Assembly (NCBI GenBank): GCA_963806225.1
Contig: CAWDXG010000004.1
Location: 2,208,001-2,272,000, forward strand
Reading direction: 5' to 3'
Length of the DNA stretch: 64,000 nt
Source of the DNA: an uncultured delta proteobacterium
Lineage (GTDB): Bacteria; Myxococcota_A; Polyangia; Polyangiales; Polyangiaceae
Below the pieces are notes generated by a model. That model worked only from the letters and a program-made list of their open reading frames with translations. It searched no databases and had not been told where the DNA came from. Position 1 is the first letter of the stretch. The number at the start of each line of letters is the position of its first letter. The position numbers were made by a program, and so were the translations under genes. Below, in pieces: positions 31,278-41,256 of this stretch.

Positions 31278-32466
31278 CCGGCTGCGTTCAGGCCTGGAGA
31301 TCGTGGTGCGCCAACCGGGGCGCAGCGCTCTCACGGTGCTCGGACTCGCGATCGGCGTGGGCGCGTTCATCGCCATGATCAGCTTCGGCGAGGGCGCGCG
31401 CCGGTCGGTCCTGTCGCAGTTCGAAGCGCTGGGCACGAACGTACTGAAAGTGCAGAGCACGACCGGGCCCGACGGCAGGCCGCCCGAGCCGCTGACCGAC
31501 GCCGACGTTCGAGCGATACAGCGCGAGGCGACCTCGGTCGTAGCCGTGCTGCCCGTGGCGCGGAGTTCGATGTCCGCGGCCTACCGGCGCAGCGTGCGGT
31601 CGACGAACGTATACGGCACCGTACCGGGCTTCGCCGCGCTGCACGCCTGGCAGGTCCAGACGGGAGGCAACTTCGACCAGACGGACGTGGAGCAGGCCAA
31701 GAAGGTCTGCGTGTTCGGCATGACCCCGGTGCGCGAACTGTTCGGCGACGCAGACCCCGTAGGCCAGACCGTGACGCTCGCCGGGATCATGCCGTGTCGC
31801 ATCATCGGCGTGCTGGCCCCCAAAGGGTTCGCCACCAACGGCAACGACCTCGACGATCTCGTCCTCATGCCGGTCTCGACGTACAGGAACTACCTCGGCC
31901 GCGGAGCAAGCTACGCCGATATCGAAGTCGAACCGGCGAATCCTGCGCTGCTCGAGCCCGCCAGGGCCGAGGTCACGACCATCCTCCGGCGGACTCATCG
32001 GCTGGGCCCCGACGAGGCGGACGATTTCAAGACCAAGAGCCCGCTGGAGGTAATCCGCGCCGCTGACCGCACGTCACGCATCCTCTCCAGTCTGCTCGCA
32101 GGGATCGCCTTCGTGTCGCTGCTCGTTGGCGGCATCGGCATCATGAACATCCAGTTGGTCTCCGTCGCGGAACGCACCGAGGAGATCGGGATCCGGGCAG
32201 CGATCGGCGCGTCGCCGCGACAGATCCTGGCCCAGTTCCTGGGCGAGGCCGCGGCACTCTCGCTTCTGGGCGTCGTGCTCGGCGTCGGCGCCGGCATCGC
32301 CGTGGCCAGCGGCGTGGCGAGCTGGATGGCCTGGCCGCGCGTCATATCGCCTGCCGGCGTTACGCTCGCGGCGCTCTTCGGCCTCGCCGTCGGCATCGCC
32401 TTCGGCTACCTGCCGGCGCATCGCGCCGCCCGATTGGATCCGATCGATGCCTTGCGACACGAATGA
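31261..32466 (+). CDS. ABC transporter permease (MacB/FtsX type)
   Basis: RSALTVLGLAIGV, LLVGGIGIMNI, ERTEEIGIR, PAHRAARLDPIDALRHE. Confidence 0.95.
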   Translation: MVALADRLRSGLEIVVRQPGRSALTVLGLAIGVGAFIAMISFGEGARRSVLSQFEALGTNVLKVQSTTGPDGRPPEPLTDADVRAIQREATSVVAVLPVARSSMSAAYRRSVRSTNVYGTVPGFAALHAWQVQTGGNFDQTDVEQAKKVCVFGMTPVRELFGDADPVGQTVTLAGIMPCRIIGVLAPKGFATNGNDLDDLVLMPVSTYRNYLGRGASYADIEVEPANPALLEPARAEVTTILRRTHRLGPDEADDFKTKSPLEVIRAADRTSRILSSLLAGIAFVSLLVGGIGIMNIQLVSVAERTEEIGIRAAIGASPRQILAQFLGEAAALSLLGVVLGVGAGIAVASGVASWMAWPRVISPAGVTLAALFGLAVGIAFGYLPAHRAARLDPIDALRHE

Positions 32467-32482
32467 TCGACGCCCACGGCGG

Positions 32483-33784
32483 ATGATCGCGGCCCTCCTC
32501 TGCGCCGCGGCGGGACTTCTGTGCGCGGCTCCGCTCCGCGCCGAGGTGGTGACGCTGCAGTCGCTGGAACAGAAGGCGCTCGCCCGTCGCGCAACGCTCG
32601 GCGCCGAACGCGCCAGGCAGAGCCGCGCCCGCGCCCAGGTCGATCTGGCTCGAGCGGCGACCTTTCCCCAATTCGGCTTCGACACCGACGGCGCCTTGGC
32701 CCCAGGCAACTCGCTGATCAGCGTGCTCGACGTCGACGGGCACGAGTACCGCGTGCTCGGCTCGAGACCGCTCGGTAGCAGCGGTGCCTTTAGCCCCGAG
32801 CCCCGCTACAGCGCGGCGCTCACGCTCGGGGGAACCGTCTACGATTTCGGGCGGAGCGCCGGGCGCATCGACGCGGCCGAGGCCGGGGCGCGCGCCGCAG
32901 ATGCGGACCTCGGCGCAGCACGGGCCACGGTCGTACGCCAGGTGCAACTGGCCTACCTCGATTGGGTCCTCGCGCTGGGAGCCGCGAAGATCGCCGAGCG
33001 TGCCGTCGACAACGCAATGGCACAGCGGACGGCCGTTGCGGGCTACATCGAGGAAGGCAAGCGACCGCGGTCCGACCTGTTGAGCGCACGTGCCGAGTTG
33101 GCACAGGCGAGACTCGATCTCGTGGAAGCACGGGGCCGCGTCGGCAGGGCGCGACTCTCCGTCGAGCGCGCCGCAGCCGTCTCGCTCTCTGCGATGGGCG
33201 CGCCGGATCCCGGTCTGCTCGACATCACTCCTCCTCGGAAAAAGGCTCGGCGGGCGCCCGCGCTCACCGCGCTGGAACGCCGGCGCGCCGCGGCCCGGGC
33301 CAGCGCCCGTTCCCACGCCCACCCCTGGGCGCCCGTGATCTCCGGCACGGCGGAAGCCGGCGTCTACGGACAGAAGGCGACCGTGTTCCCGTCGTATCGC
33401 GTGGGGCTCAAGCTCTCCATCCCGCTCTGGGACGGCGGGGTCGAGCGCGCGCGGCGGAACGTGGCGCGCGCGACCGCCGCCGAGCTCTCCGCCGAAACCG
33501 CCGAGCTCGGCCGGAGCCTGTCGCACGCCGAAGCGAAAGCGCGCGCGGACTGGAAGAACGCGGCGCTCCGCGTGAAAGTCGCGAAGGAGTTCCACCGGGC
33601 AGCCGAGGCCGCCCTCGACGCGGTCAACGAGCGCTATCGGCTCGGTGACGGGTCGGCGGAAGCCGTCATCCGGGCGCGTGCGCAGGAGAACGACGCCGCC
33701 CTCAGGCTACTCCGTGCGCGCGGAACCCGCGCCGACGCCGTGCTGCGGCTCCGCGACCTGGGCGCAGGCAGGAGCGTCCGCTAG
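32483..33784 (+). CDS. TolC family outer-membrane efflux protein
   Basis: Signal peptide, VYDFG and LSIPLWDGG repeats, ERYRLG; follows the MacAB-like genes. Confidence 0.85.
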   Translation: MIAALLCAAAGLLCAAPLRAEVVTLQSLEQKALARRATLGAERARQSRARAQVDLARAATFPQFGFDTDGALAPGNSLISVLDVDGHEYRVLGSRPLGSSGAFSPEPRYSAALTLGGTVYDFGRSAGRIDAAEAGARAADADLGAARATVVRQVQLAYLDWVLALGAAKIAERAVDNAMAQRTAVAGYIEEGKRPRSDLLSARAELAQARLDLVEARGRVGRARLSVERAAAVSLSAMGAPDPGLLDITPPRKKARRAPALTALERRRAAARASARSHAHPWAPVISGTAEAGVYGQKATVFPSYRVGLKLSIPLWDGGVERARRNVARATAAELSAETAELGRSLSHAEAKARADWKNAALRVKVAKEFHRAAEAALDAVNERYRLGDGSAEAVIRARAQENDAALRLLRARGTRADAVLRLRDLGAGRSVR

Positions 33785-33828
33785 AGCGCGCGCGCGGTCC
33801 GATTGGAGTCCTGTCGTTGCGGCCGGAG

Positions 33829-33842
33829 TTGACGTTGCTCAT
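33829..33842. promoter_or_regulatory. Candidate FNR/CRP-family box (one mismatch)
   Basis: TTGAC-GTTG-CTCAT upstream of the first radical SAM gene. Confidence 0.35.
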
Positions 33843-33900
33843 GTCGCCCCACGCGGGCGGTTCGCTGGCTCGGCGCGGATGATAGGCTGATGGCGGCATC

Positions 33901-35301
33901 ATGGCGACGCTTCCGGACCGTGCGCGCGTGCTCATCGTGCACATGCCCAAGATAGCGGCCGGCATCAACGAGATCATGGTGATGCCGATGGGGCTCTTCC
34001 CCATCAGCCGCGCGCTCCGCGGTGCCGGCTACGATGTCGAGATCGTCCACTTCGGCATCGAGAAGCAGCTCGACCCGTCGTTCTCGGTCCTGCACTACGT
34101 CGAACGACAACGACCACTCGCCGTGCTGCTCGACCTGCACTGGCACCACCAGACGTTCAGCGTTCTCGCCGCCGCCCAGCGCATCAAGCGCCTGTTGCCG
34201 CACACGGCCATCGTGCTCGGCGGGCTGACCGCCTCGTGCTTTCATCGCGAGATTATCGAGCAGCTGCCGTTCGTGGACTACGTGATCCGCGGCGACGGCG
34301 AGAAGCCCTCGCGGGAGCTTTTGCGCGTGCTGTCCGGCGAAGCGCGGGTCGAGGACGTGCCGAACCTCACCTGGCGCGACGATGGCGACGTTCGCGAGAC
34401 CCCGTTCGGCTTCCGCACCGGCACCGACCACGTCTGGCCAGGGCACGTCGAGCTTGAACCGCTCAGGCATCACGAGGCCTATCTGTCCACCGCGCTGTAC
34501 GGCGACTTCAACGAGGGCGCCGGGAGCAGCCACCAACTCGGTGCCGCGTTCTACTACAACCCCGGACGCGGTTGCACTTCGGGATGCGTGTACTGCGGAG
34601 GCTCAGCGGCGGCACAGCGCGCTACCAGCGACCGGCGCGGCGCGTTCTTCTATCCGTTCGACAAGCTCGCGGAAGACGTCGAAAGGATGCAGGGCTACGG
34701 TGTACACACGCTCCGCACTTCCTTCGATCCGGATCCGGAACGCGGGACGTACCTGGAGCTCATGTCGCACCTGTGCCAGGTCGGCTACCGACCGCGGATG
34801 GTCTTCGACCTGTGGTCGCTGCCGACGCCGGCATTCGTGCGCGCCTTCGCGGACACCTTTGCCCCCTCGTCCATCCTGGTGCTCAGCCCCGAAAGCGGCA
34901 GCGCCGGGGTGCGCCGGCGGACGCGGGCGCTCACGTATTCGAACGAGGACGTGATGAACGGGATCCGGTTGATCGAAGACGCCGGGATCGAAGCCCACGT
35001 GTTCTTCACGGCCGGTCTGCCCTTCGAAGGCGCGCCCGAGCTGGCCGAAACCGCCGCGCTGATCAGCCGGATCCGTCGCGAAACCCACGCGGAAGTCTCG
35101 GTGGCCCCCGTAGAGCTCGACCCCGGATCACCGATGCACCGCCACCCCGAGCGCTACGGCGTGACACTCCGGCTGAACACGCTGCGTGACTTCTACGCGG
35201 CCCACCGCATGCCCAGCGCGCCCGGTTTCGGCACCGCACTTCTCAGCGAACCCGCGATCCTGGAAGCGGTGGAGCGACTGCGCGAATGCGCGCGCACGTA
35301 G
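33901..35301 (+). CDS. B12-binding-domain radical SAM protein
   Basis: PMGL, LHWHHQ, VLGGLTAS, RGDGEKP, RGCTSGCVYC, PESGS. Confidence 0.9.
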   Translation: MATLPDRARVLIVHMPKIAAGINEIMVMPMGLFPISRALRGAGYDVEIVHFGIEKQLDPSFSVLHYVERQRPLAVLLDLHWHHQTFSVLAAAQRIKRLLPHTAIVLGGLTASCFHREIIEQLPFVDYVIRGDGEKPSRELLRVLSGEARVEDVPNLTWRDDGDVRETPFGFRTGTDHVWPGHVELEPLRHHEAYLSTALYGDFNEGAGSSHQLGAAFYYNPGRGCTSGCVYCGGSAAAQRATSDRRGAFFYPFDKLAEDVERMQGYGVHTLRTSFDPDPERGTYLELMSHLCQVGYRPRMVFDLWSLPTPAFVRAFADTFAPSSILVLSPESGSAGVRRRTRALTYSNEDVMNGIRLIEDAGIEAHVFFTAGLPFEGAPELAETAALISRIRRETHAEVSVAPVELDPGSPMHRHPERYGVTLRLNTLRDFYAAHRMPSAPGFGTALLSEPAILEAVERLRECART

Positions 35302-35388
35302 GCGATTGTCGATGGCCTTGCTACGCCGGATGATCATTGACAGGCGCCCGCTTTACACGCTGGAGGCTGCCGCCCAGGATCGTCCTTC

Positions 35389-36288
35389 ATGACCAGCCCG
35401 GCTCCCGCACCGCCCCGCGCCTACGTCGTGACCGCGGGCACCGACAGCGTCGCGGTGATCAACGCGGCGGAGCATCAGCTCGTCGGGAAGGTCCGCGTCG
35501 GAGCAGAGCCGATGCTTGCCGCGCTGTCGCCAGACGGATCGCTGCTGCTCGTCAGCAACCGCGACAGCGACGACGTGAGCTTCGTGGATCCCGAGCGGCT
35601 CGAGGTTATCGCGACGGTCAGCGTGCGGGACGGCGCGGCCGGCTGCGCGTTCTCTCCGGACGGCACGCTGGCGTTCGTGGCCAACGAGCACGCTCACACC
35701 GTGTCTGTCATCGACGTGGCGCGACGCGAGGCGCTGCGCCACGTGCCGGTGGGGCTGAGTCCGTGCGACATGCGCATGCTACCAGACGGGCGGCACCTGG
35801 CCGTCACCTGCGAGGCGTCGCACGAGCTTGCCGTGCTCGACGGTCGCACAGCGGAGCGGGTCCGGTCCATTGTCGTGCGCGAGGGGCCGCTCGCAATCGC
35901 TCTGTCCCCTGACGCCTCGCGGCTCGTCGTGGGCTGTTTCATCTCGAACGACGTGCTCGTCATCGACACGGCATCCTGGGAGATACGGAGCCGCGCACAG
36001 TTCGGTTCAGGTCACATCGGCGCGTGCGTGCTCCCCGGCGGGCGGGAGGCGCTGGTCACCAACGGCGATAGTGACTCGATCTCGGTTTTCGAGCTCGAGC
36101 ATTGCAGGGAGACGGCCCGCATTCTGGGACTGGTGAACCCCGCCTGCGTATCGCTAACGCCCGACGGCCGGTTCGCCTACGCCACCAACCGCGGAGCGGA
36201 CACGCTCTCCGTCATCGATCTGGCGACGCGCGCAGTGGTCCGATCGCTGCGCGTCGGTGCTTCCCCGCTCGGCCTGTGCATGGGCTGA
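35389..36288 (+). CDS. YVTN/YncE-type beta-propeller protein, no signal peptide
   Basis: About seven repeats of SPDG..(A/L)(F/Y)V.N...D.VSVID. Confidence 0.88.
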   Translation: MTSPAPAPPRAYVVTAGTDSVAVINAAEHQLVGKVRVGAEPMLAALSPDGSLLLVSNRDSDDVSFVDPERLEVIATVSVRDGAAGCAFSPDGTLAFVANEHAHTVSVIDVARREALRHVPVGLSPCDMRMLPDGRHLAVTCEASHELAVLDGRTAERVRSIVVREGPLAIALSPDASRLVVGCFISNDVLVIDTASWEIRSRAQFGSGHIGACVLPGGREALVTNGDSDSISVFELEHCRETARILGLVNPACVSLTPDGRFAYATNRGADTLSVIDLATRAVVRSLRVGASPLGLCMG

Positions 36289-36303
36289 CGCACGCTGTCT
36301 GCC

Positions 36304-38103
36304 ATGCAACCGCTCGCCGAACCCGCAATCGTCCGCATCGGCGGGCCCATGAACGCGCGACCTGTCGGGGGCACGGCGCGTACGACCACCGCGCGCTCGC
36401 TTGCCGAAATCGCAGCCGACGTGGCGACGAGCCGCGACGCCGGCGCGCGGAGCGTGGTGTTCGCCGGCGGCGAACCGACGATCCGACGGGATCTCGCTCC
36501 GTTGGTCGCGCTGCCGCACCGGGCTGGACTGCGCTCGGGCCTGGTCAGCAGCGGTCGTGCGCTGGTCTACCCCTCCGTACGCTCGCGGATCCTCCGGGGC
36601 GGGGTCGATTACGTCCGGGTCGCGCTGCACGCGCCGACCGCCGCGGTCCATGATCGGCTGGTGGGCGTAGAAGGAGCGTTCGACCAGACGTGGGCTGGGC
36701 TATCCGCCCTGCTCACCGAGGCGCCGCGCGAGCTGTTCGTCGATGTCGCATGCACGGTTGTCGCACCCAATGCCGAGCTTCTTGTCCCGCTCGTGCAACG
36801 CTTGTCGGGGCTCGAGCGTAGCGCAACGCTCGGGATCCGCTTCGTCGCGCCGCTGGTTGTGGACGACGCGGCGGAGTGGCCCGCGCAGGGCACGCTCGCC
36901 CGGGTGGAAGAAGCGCTGGAGCTGGCAGGGGCGCTGGCTGCATCCTGGGAGGGCTTTCCGCCGTGCCTTCTGGCCGGACACGCCGAGGCGCGGGACGAGA
37001 GACTGCGCTGGGGCGCGCCGGCATACGGGCCGGAAGACGGCGGCGACGCGCTCCTGCGCGAACGGGCGGACGGGCGCGAGAAGCCCTACCCGTGTCGTGA
37101 CTGCATCCACGGGACGACCTGTCCGGGCGCACCGACCCCGGCGCTCGAGCACTGGGGCGAGGCCGCGCTCGCGCCGGTGCGTGGAGTGCGGGCGAACTCG
37201 TTCAACTTCGAGCAGGCCGAGGATCTCGGCGAGGTCTCTCCGTCGGCTGCGGACTGTGCCGTGCGAGCCCGCACGCACCTCGCACACCCGGTCCGTGACC
37301 TCGTGCTGCTCCGGGACGGCGCCGCTTCACTGTACCGTTCGCCGACGTTGGACTTCTCCGACGCGGAGGTACGCCGCACGCGCGACGAGCTGGAGCAGGT
37401 CTATCTGGACATCAGCGAGACCGCCGTGCTCACCGAGTTCACGAGCGGCATCCGCCGCGTGCGCCCGCACAGCGTGTGTTCGTCGTGCAGCGACCGCGCG
37501 CGGTGTCCAGCGGTCTGGGAGATCGATCCCGAGCTGCCATTTTCGCGTGAGGAACGCTGGCTAAAAAGGGAAGTGTCCCGCGCTCGCGGCCGCGTGCTCG
37601 ACGTGGGCTGCGGCGAGCAGCCCTATCGCGCCGAGATCGCGGCGGGCATCGCAGCCGGGCACATCGACTATCACGGTCTGGATCCGGACGCCGCGGCGAT
37701 CGAGCGCTTCCGCGCGGCCGGTGTAGGCGGCAGGCTCGAGGTCGGTTCAATCGAGGATCTGGACGTCGCCCAGGGCTTCTACGACTACGTGTTCGTCTTC
37801 CGCTCGCTGAACCACTTTTTCGATCTCGAGCGCGCCTTCACGGTCATCGAGCGGGCCCTGCGCGTCGGCGGCATGCTCTACGTCTGCGATTCGGTGGTGT
37901 TCGCCATGCTGCGCACCCGCGCGCAGGTCGAGTGGGCCGACACCCACGCCGCGGTGGGCCACGAGCACTACCGCAACTGGTCGAGCGAGGAGCTACTCGA
38001 CTTCCTCCAGCGCTACCGTTTCCGGGTCAACGTGCACCGCCCAGTCAGCCCGGACGGCTCGAATCAGTGGATTCTCAAGCTGCTGCGTTCGCCGAACTCT
38101 TGA
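36304..38103 (+). CDS. Degenerate HxsC-like radical-SAM-fold domain fused to Cys-rich segments and a class I SAM methyltransferase
   Basis: FAGGEPT, HDRLVG..GAF; no CxxxCxxC; CRDCIHGTTCPG; CSSCSDRARC; VLDVGCG..SLNH. Confidence 0.78.
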   Translation: MQPLAEPAIVRIGGPMNARPVGGTARTTTARSLAEIAADVATSRDAGARSVVFAGGEPTIRRDLAPLVALPHRAGLRSGLVSSGRALVYPSVRSRILRGGVDYVRVALHAPTAAVHDRLVGVEGAFDQTWAGLSALLTEAPRELFVDVACTVVAPNAELLVPLVQRLSGLERSATLGIRFVAPLVVDDAAEWPAQGTLARVEEALELAGALAASWEGFPPCLLAGHAEARDERLRWGAPAYGPEDGGDALLRERADGREKPYPCRDCIHGTTCPGAPTPALEHWGEAALAPVRGVRANSFNFEQAEDLGEVSPSAADCAVRARTHLAHPVRDLVLLRDGAASLYRSPTLDFSDAEVRRTRDELEQVYLDISETAVLTEFTSGIRRVRPHSVCSSCSDRARCPAVWEIDPELPFSREERWLKREVSRARGRVLDVGCGEQPYRAEIAAGIAAGHIDYHGLDPDAAAIERFRAAGVGGRLEVGSIEDLDVAQGFYDYVFVFRSLNHFFDLERAFTVIERALRVGGMLYVCDSVVFAMLRTRAQVEWADTHAAVGHEHYRNWSSEELLDFLQRYRFRVNVHRPVSPDGSNQWILKLLRSPNS

Positions 38104-39801
38104 GGCGGGTCGCCGTCGTTCTTGAGGACGAGATCGACGAGCGCGCCCAGCAGCTTCTGCGCCTCCGCATCCGTCTGCTCGTCGTCGACCAGCAAATCGA
38201 ACGTCGCCGTCCGGGCAAACGCGTCCGGATTCGAGTCGCCAGGGCGCAGCTGCAGGCGGACGCTCCGCTCACCCGGGCCCAGGAGCACGACGACCGGAAA
38301 GCCGTGCTCTCGCTCGATCGCTCCCACTTTCCATCCAGGTTGCCGAAGCGGGCGCCCGGGAGACAGCGGCGCGATCGCCTCGAGCACCGTCTCGTCCGCG
38401 ATACGCTCGGGCGCGGGTGCACCCAGACGGCCACCTCCAGCCATGGTCATCTTCGGCATCGTGCCGCCGAGGATCCGGAGCGGCTCCGCATCCTCCCAGA
38501 CGAAGAGATCGGCGCGGGGGTGATCCGCAATAAGCTCGAGCGCACGGCGCAGATCGTCTTCGGGGAAGGTGGACGTGCCGAGCACGTACGGTATGCCGGA
38601 GCGGTTGTAGCGGATGCCGAACTTCTCGGCGTCCATGGCAAACCGCGAGCCCGGCGGGATGATCGTCCAATGCGCACGCGCGTGCCGGATGCGGCGCGGA
38701 CCGGGGCGCTCGGCAAGACGCGCGATGTAGTCGAGCGTGCTCCGGAAGCCTTCGAGCGTGTCCCCGGGCATGCCCAACATGATGTTTGGCGTAACGGGCC
38801 CGACGCGCTCGGTGATCATGTCCACCGCGCGAGCGAATTCGTCCTCAACGTCGGGCTTGCGCCCGGTGGCGCGCAGCGCGACCGGATTCACGCTCTCCAG
38901 TCCGATCAGTATCTCGTGCGTGCGGATGCGCCCGAGCGCTCGAACCTGGTCCGGCGTGATGAAGCGGTAGTTGAGGAAGTACGTCGAGTAAACGTCCCCG
39001 TCCGGATCCCCCTTGTGGATCGCGTCGGCCAGAGCGTCGAGCCACTCGCTCTTGTTGTTGATGGCGCTGTCGATAATGAAGGCGTGGGCATAGCCCTCTT
39101 CGCGCGCCCAGGCGTACTCGGCCGAGATCCGCTCGGTCGAGACAAAGCGCAGACCGCGCCCGTGCATCTGCCAGGCGCAGTGTTTGCAACGGTAGACGCA
39201 GCCTCGTGACGTCTCGAGCAGCAGGTTCTGCTTCGGTGGCCGGAGCACGCCGTCGAGGATCGGCGAACGGAGCGTCGCGAGGTCGCCCACGGGCGGCCCC
39301 AGCGGCTGCTCGCGCACCGATCCGTCCCCCGCACGCCACGCGATGCCGGGAATGCCCGACAGAATCCTTCCAGTCGCTGGCGAGTAGCGCCGCCAGCACC
39401 TCCTCGCCCTCACCCCGCACGGCAACGTCGACCGCCGGATTTTCCTCGAGCACGCGCTCGGTCTCGTACGACACGGACGGCCCCCCGACGACCACCCGGA
39501 TCCCGGGCTTTTTCGCCCGTACCCGCTGCGCGAGCTCGAGCTCTGCCTGGATGTCCCACGCATAGCAGGACAAGCCCAGCACATCGGGGTCAACGTCGAG
39601 CACGCGCTCGACCACAGCCTCGCTGAAATGGGGCGAATCCAGATAGAACGGCAGATCGAAGCGCTCCACTTCGATTCCCGAAAGCTCCGGCCGCGCCTGG
39701 ACGTAGGCGTGCAGACACGGCGTCGCCAGGTTGTAGCGACGACTTCCGCCCTGCGCGTGCGGCGCAGCAATTCCGGTCCCTACTAGCAGGACCTTCACCA
39801 A
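38064..39801 (-). CDS. B12-binding-domain radical SAM protein with a C-terminal extra domain; apparent frameshift near 39363
   Basis: GLSCYAW, VGGPSVS and RGEGEE in one frame; ETSRGCVYRCKHC, IGLES and MLGMPGDT in the other. GGAG RBS before TTG 39801/GTG 39798. Confidence 0.85.
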
Positions 39802-39844
39802 AGGTTCTCCTCCCTGGATGCTACGGGGCACCTCCGACGCCAGC

Positions 39845-39860
39845 CATGACAGTCGTCATG
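39845..39860. promoter_or_regulatory. Candidate FNR/CRP-family box in a divergent intergenic region
   Basis: CATGAC-AGTC-GTCATG with perfect 6-bp arms. Confidence 0.55.
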
Positions 39861-39894
39861 TTCGGCACCCACCGTGGTGCCCTAGCCTTGGTAT

Positions 39895-41256
39895 GTGGTC
39901 GGTACGACCCGGACGCTTGCGATCGCCTTCTTTCCGCGGAAGTTCTGCGGCGAGGCGGCGCAATTCGAGTTGGGGCTGCACCGACTGGCTCCGATGGCGC
40001 CACCGGGTTGGGGCGTCGTGTGGGTGGAGCTCGACCACGACGACCAGGATGCGAACGTGCGTGCGGTTCGCGAAGCGGGAGCGGATCTGCTTCTCGTCCA
40101 CGCGAATCGCACGCAGATGGTCGAGACGGTCGCATTCGTGGACGCGATGACCGAGCAGTCGCCGGAGCTCGCGCTGGTGCTCTCGGGCTGGGTCGGCAAG
40201 CCGGCGTACGTGGACCAATGCTTCGCCATCTCCGCCGGGCTCCGGCACCCGGTCTTCGCCGTCGCCTGCGGCGAGATCGAGGCGATCATCCCACCGATGC
40301 TCGAGCGTCTGGGCGACGCCCGGATCGGCGCCGACAGCCTGGTCGGCCACCGCGGGGTCGTCGCCTGGGACGCACAGAACGGTACCTGGACGGGCGACGA
40401 CGAGTTCGTCTTCGTCGAGGACATGAACACGCTGCCCGACGCATCGATCGATCATATCTCCAAGGAGTGGCGCGATGCCCACGCGGGCTGGGTGGAGATC
40501 ACGCGCGGTTGCCGCTACCGATGCGCGTTCTGCTTCGCCTCCTGCTACCAGCACGCCCGCATGCGCAGCTTCAGCCCCGAGCGCATCCGCAACAGCATCC
40601 AACTTGTCGCCAAGAAGGGCGTGAAGGTGATGGGGCTGTACACCGCGAGCGTGAGTCTCGACATCGACCTGATGAGTACGGTGGTCGAGACCTTCCGTGA
40701 GCTCTCGCTCTCCGACGTGACGGTGGTGGGAGCGCTAGGCCCCATCGACAAGAAGTTCATCCCGCAGGACAAGCTCGAACGGCTGTCCAGGCTCGACTGG
40801 AACGTGATGACCGTCGGGCTCCAGAGCATCACGCCTGAAGCCACCCGGCTCGCCCGACGGCCGGACGACACGGACATGTTTGCGCGAACGATGGAGTACC
40901 TGTCCGGCTTCGTGACCCCCGAGGTGGAGCTGATCCTCGGCTTGCCGGGTGACACGCCCGCAGGTTTCCGTCAGACCATCGACTTTGCGTTCTCGCTGCC
41001 GGTCAACGTCACCGTGCAGACCTTCCGCCTCGACCCATGGTCCAGCTACTCCGCGCAGCGCGAGCTGCACGGGTTGAAGGCGGACTACACCGACGTTGGC
41101 CGGGTGTACGAGAGCAATGGGTTCCCCGGAGACCAGATCCGCCAGAGCGCGGACTGGCTCCGCGGCGTTGCCCGGTCGACCCGCGAGCGCAGGGCCCACC
41201 ACATCGCCCTCGACGGCGAACAGCTCAATTCGCGCGCCGCTTCTGCTTCGCGTTGA
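39895..41256 (+). CDS. Radical SAM protein with a divergent B12-binding-like N-terminal domain
   Basis: LSGW, ACGEIE, EITRGCRYRCAFC, VGLQS, LILGLPGDT. Confidence 0.85.
   Translation: MVGTTRTLAIAFFPRKFCGEAAQFELGLHRLAPMAPPGWGVVWVELDHDDQDANVRAVREAGADLLLVHANRTQMVETVAFVDAMTEQSPELALVLSGWVGKPAYVDQCFAISAGLRHPVFAVACGEIEAIIPPMLERLGDARIGADSLVGHRGVVAWDAQNGTWTGDDEFVFVEDMNTLPDASIDHISKEWRDAHAGWVEITRGCRYRCAFCFASCYQHARMRSFSPERIRNSIQLVAKKGVKVMGLYTASVSLDIDLMSTVVETFRELSLSDVTVVGALGPIDKKFIPQDKLERLSRLDWNVMTVGLQSITPEATRLARRPDDTDMFARTMEYLSGFVTPEVELILGLPGDTPAGFRQTIDFAFSLPVNVTVQTFRLDPWSSYSAQRELHGLKADYTDVGRVYESNGFPGDQIRQSADWLRGVARSTRERRAHHIALDGEQLNSRAASASR

Noticed and set aside
35337..35365. TTGACA as a sigma70 promoter for the beta-propeller gene
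   Set aside because: No credible -10 element at 16-18 bp spacing.
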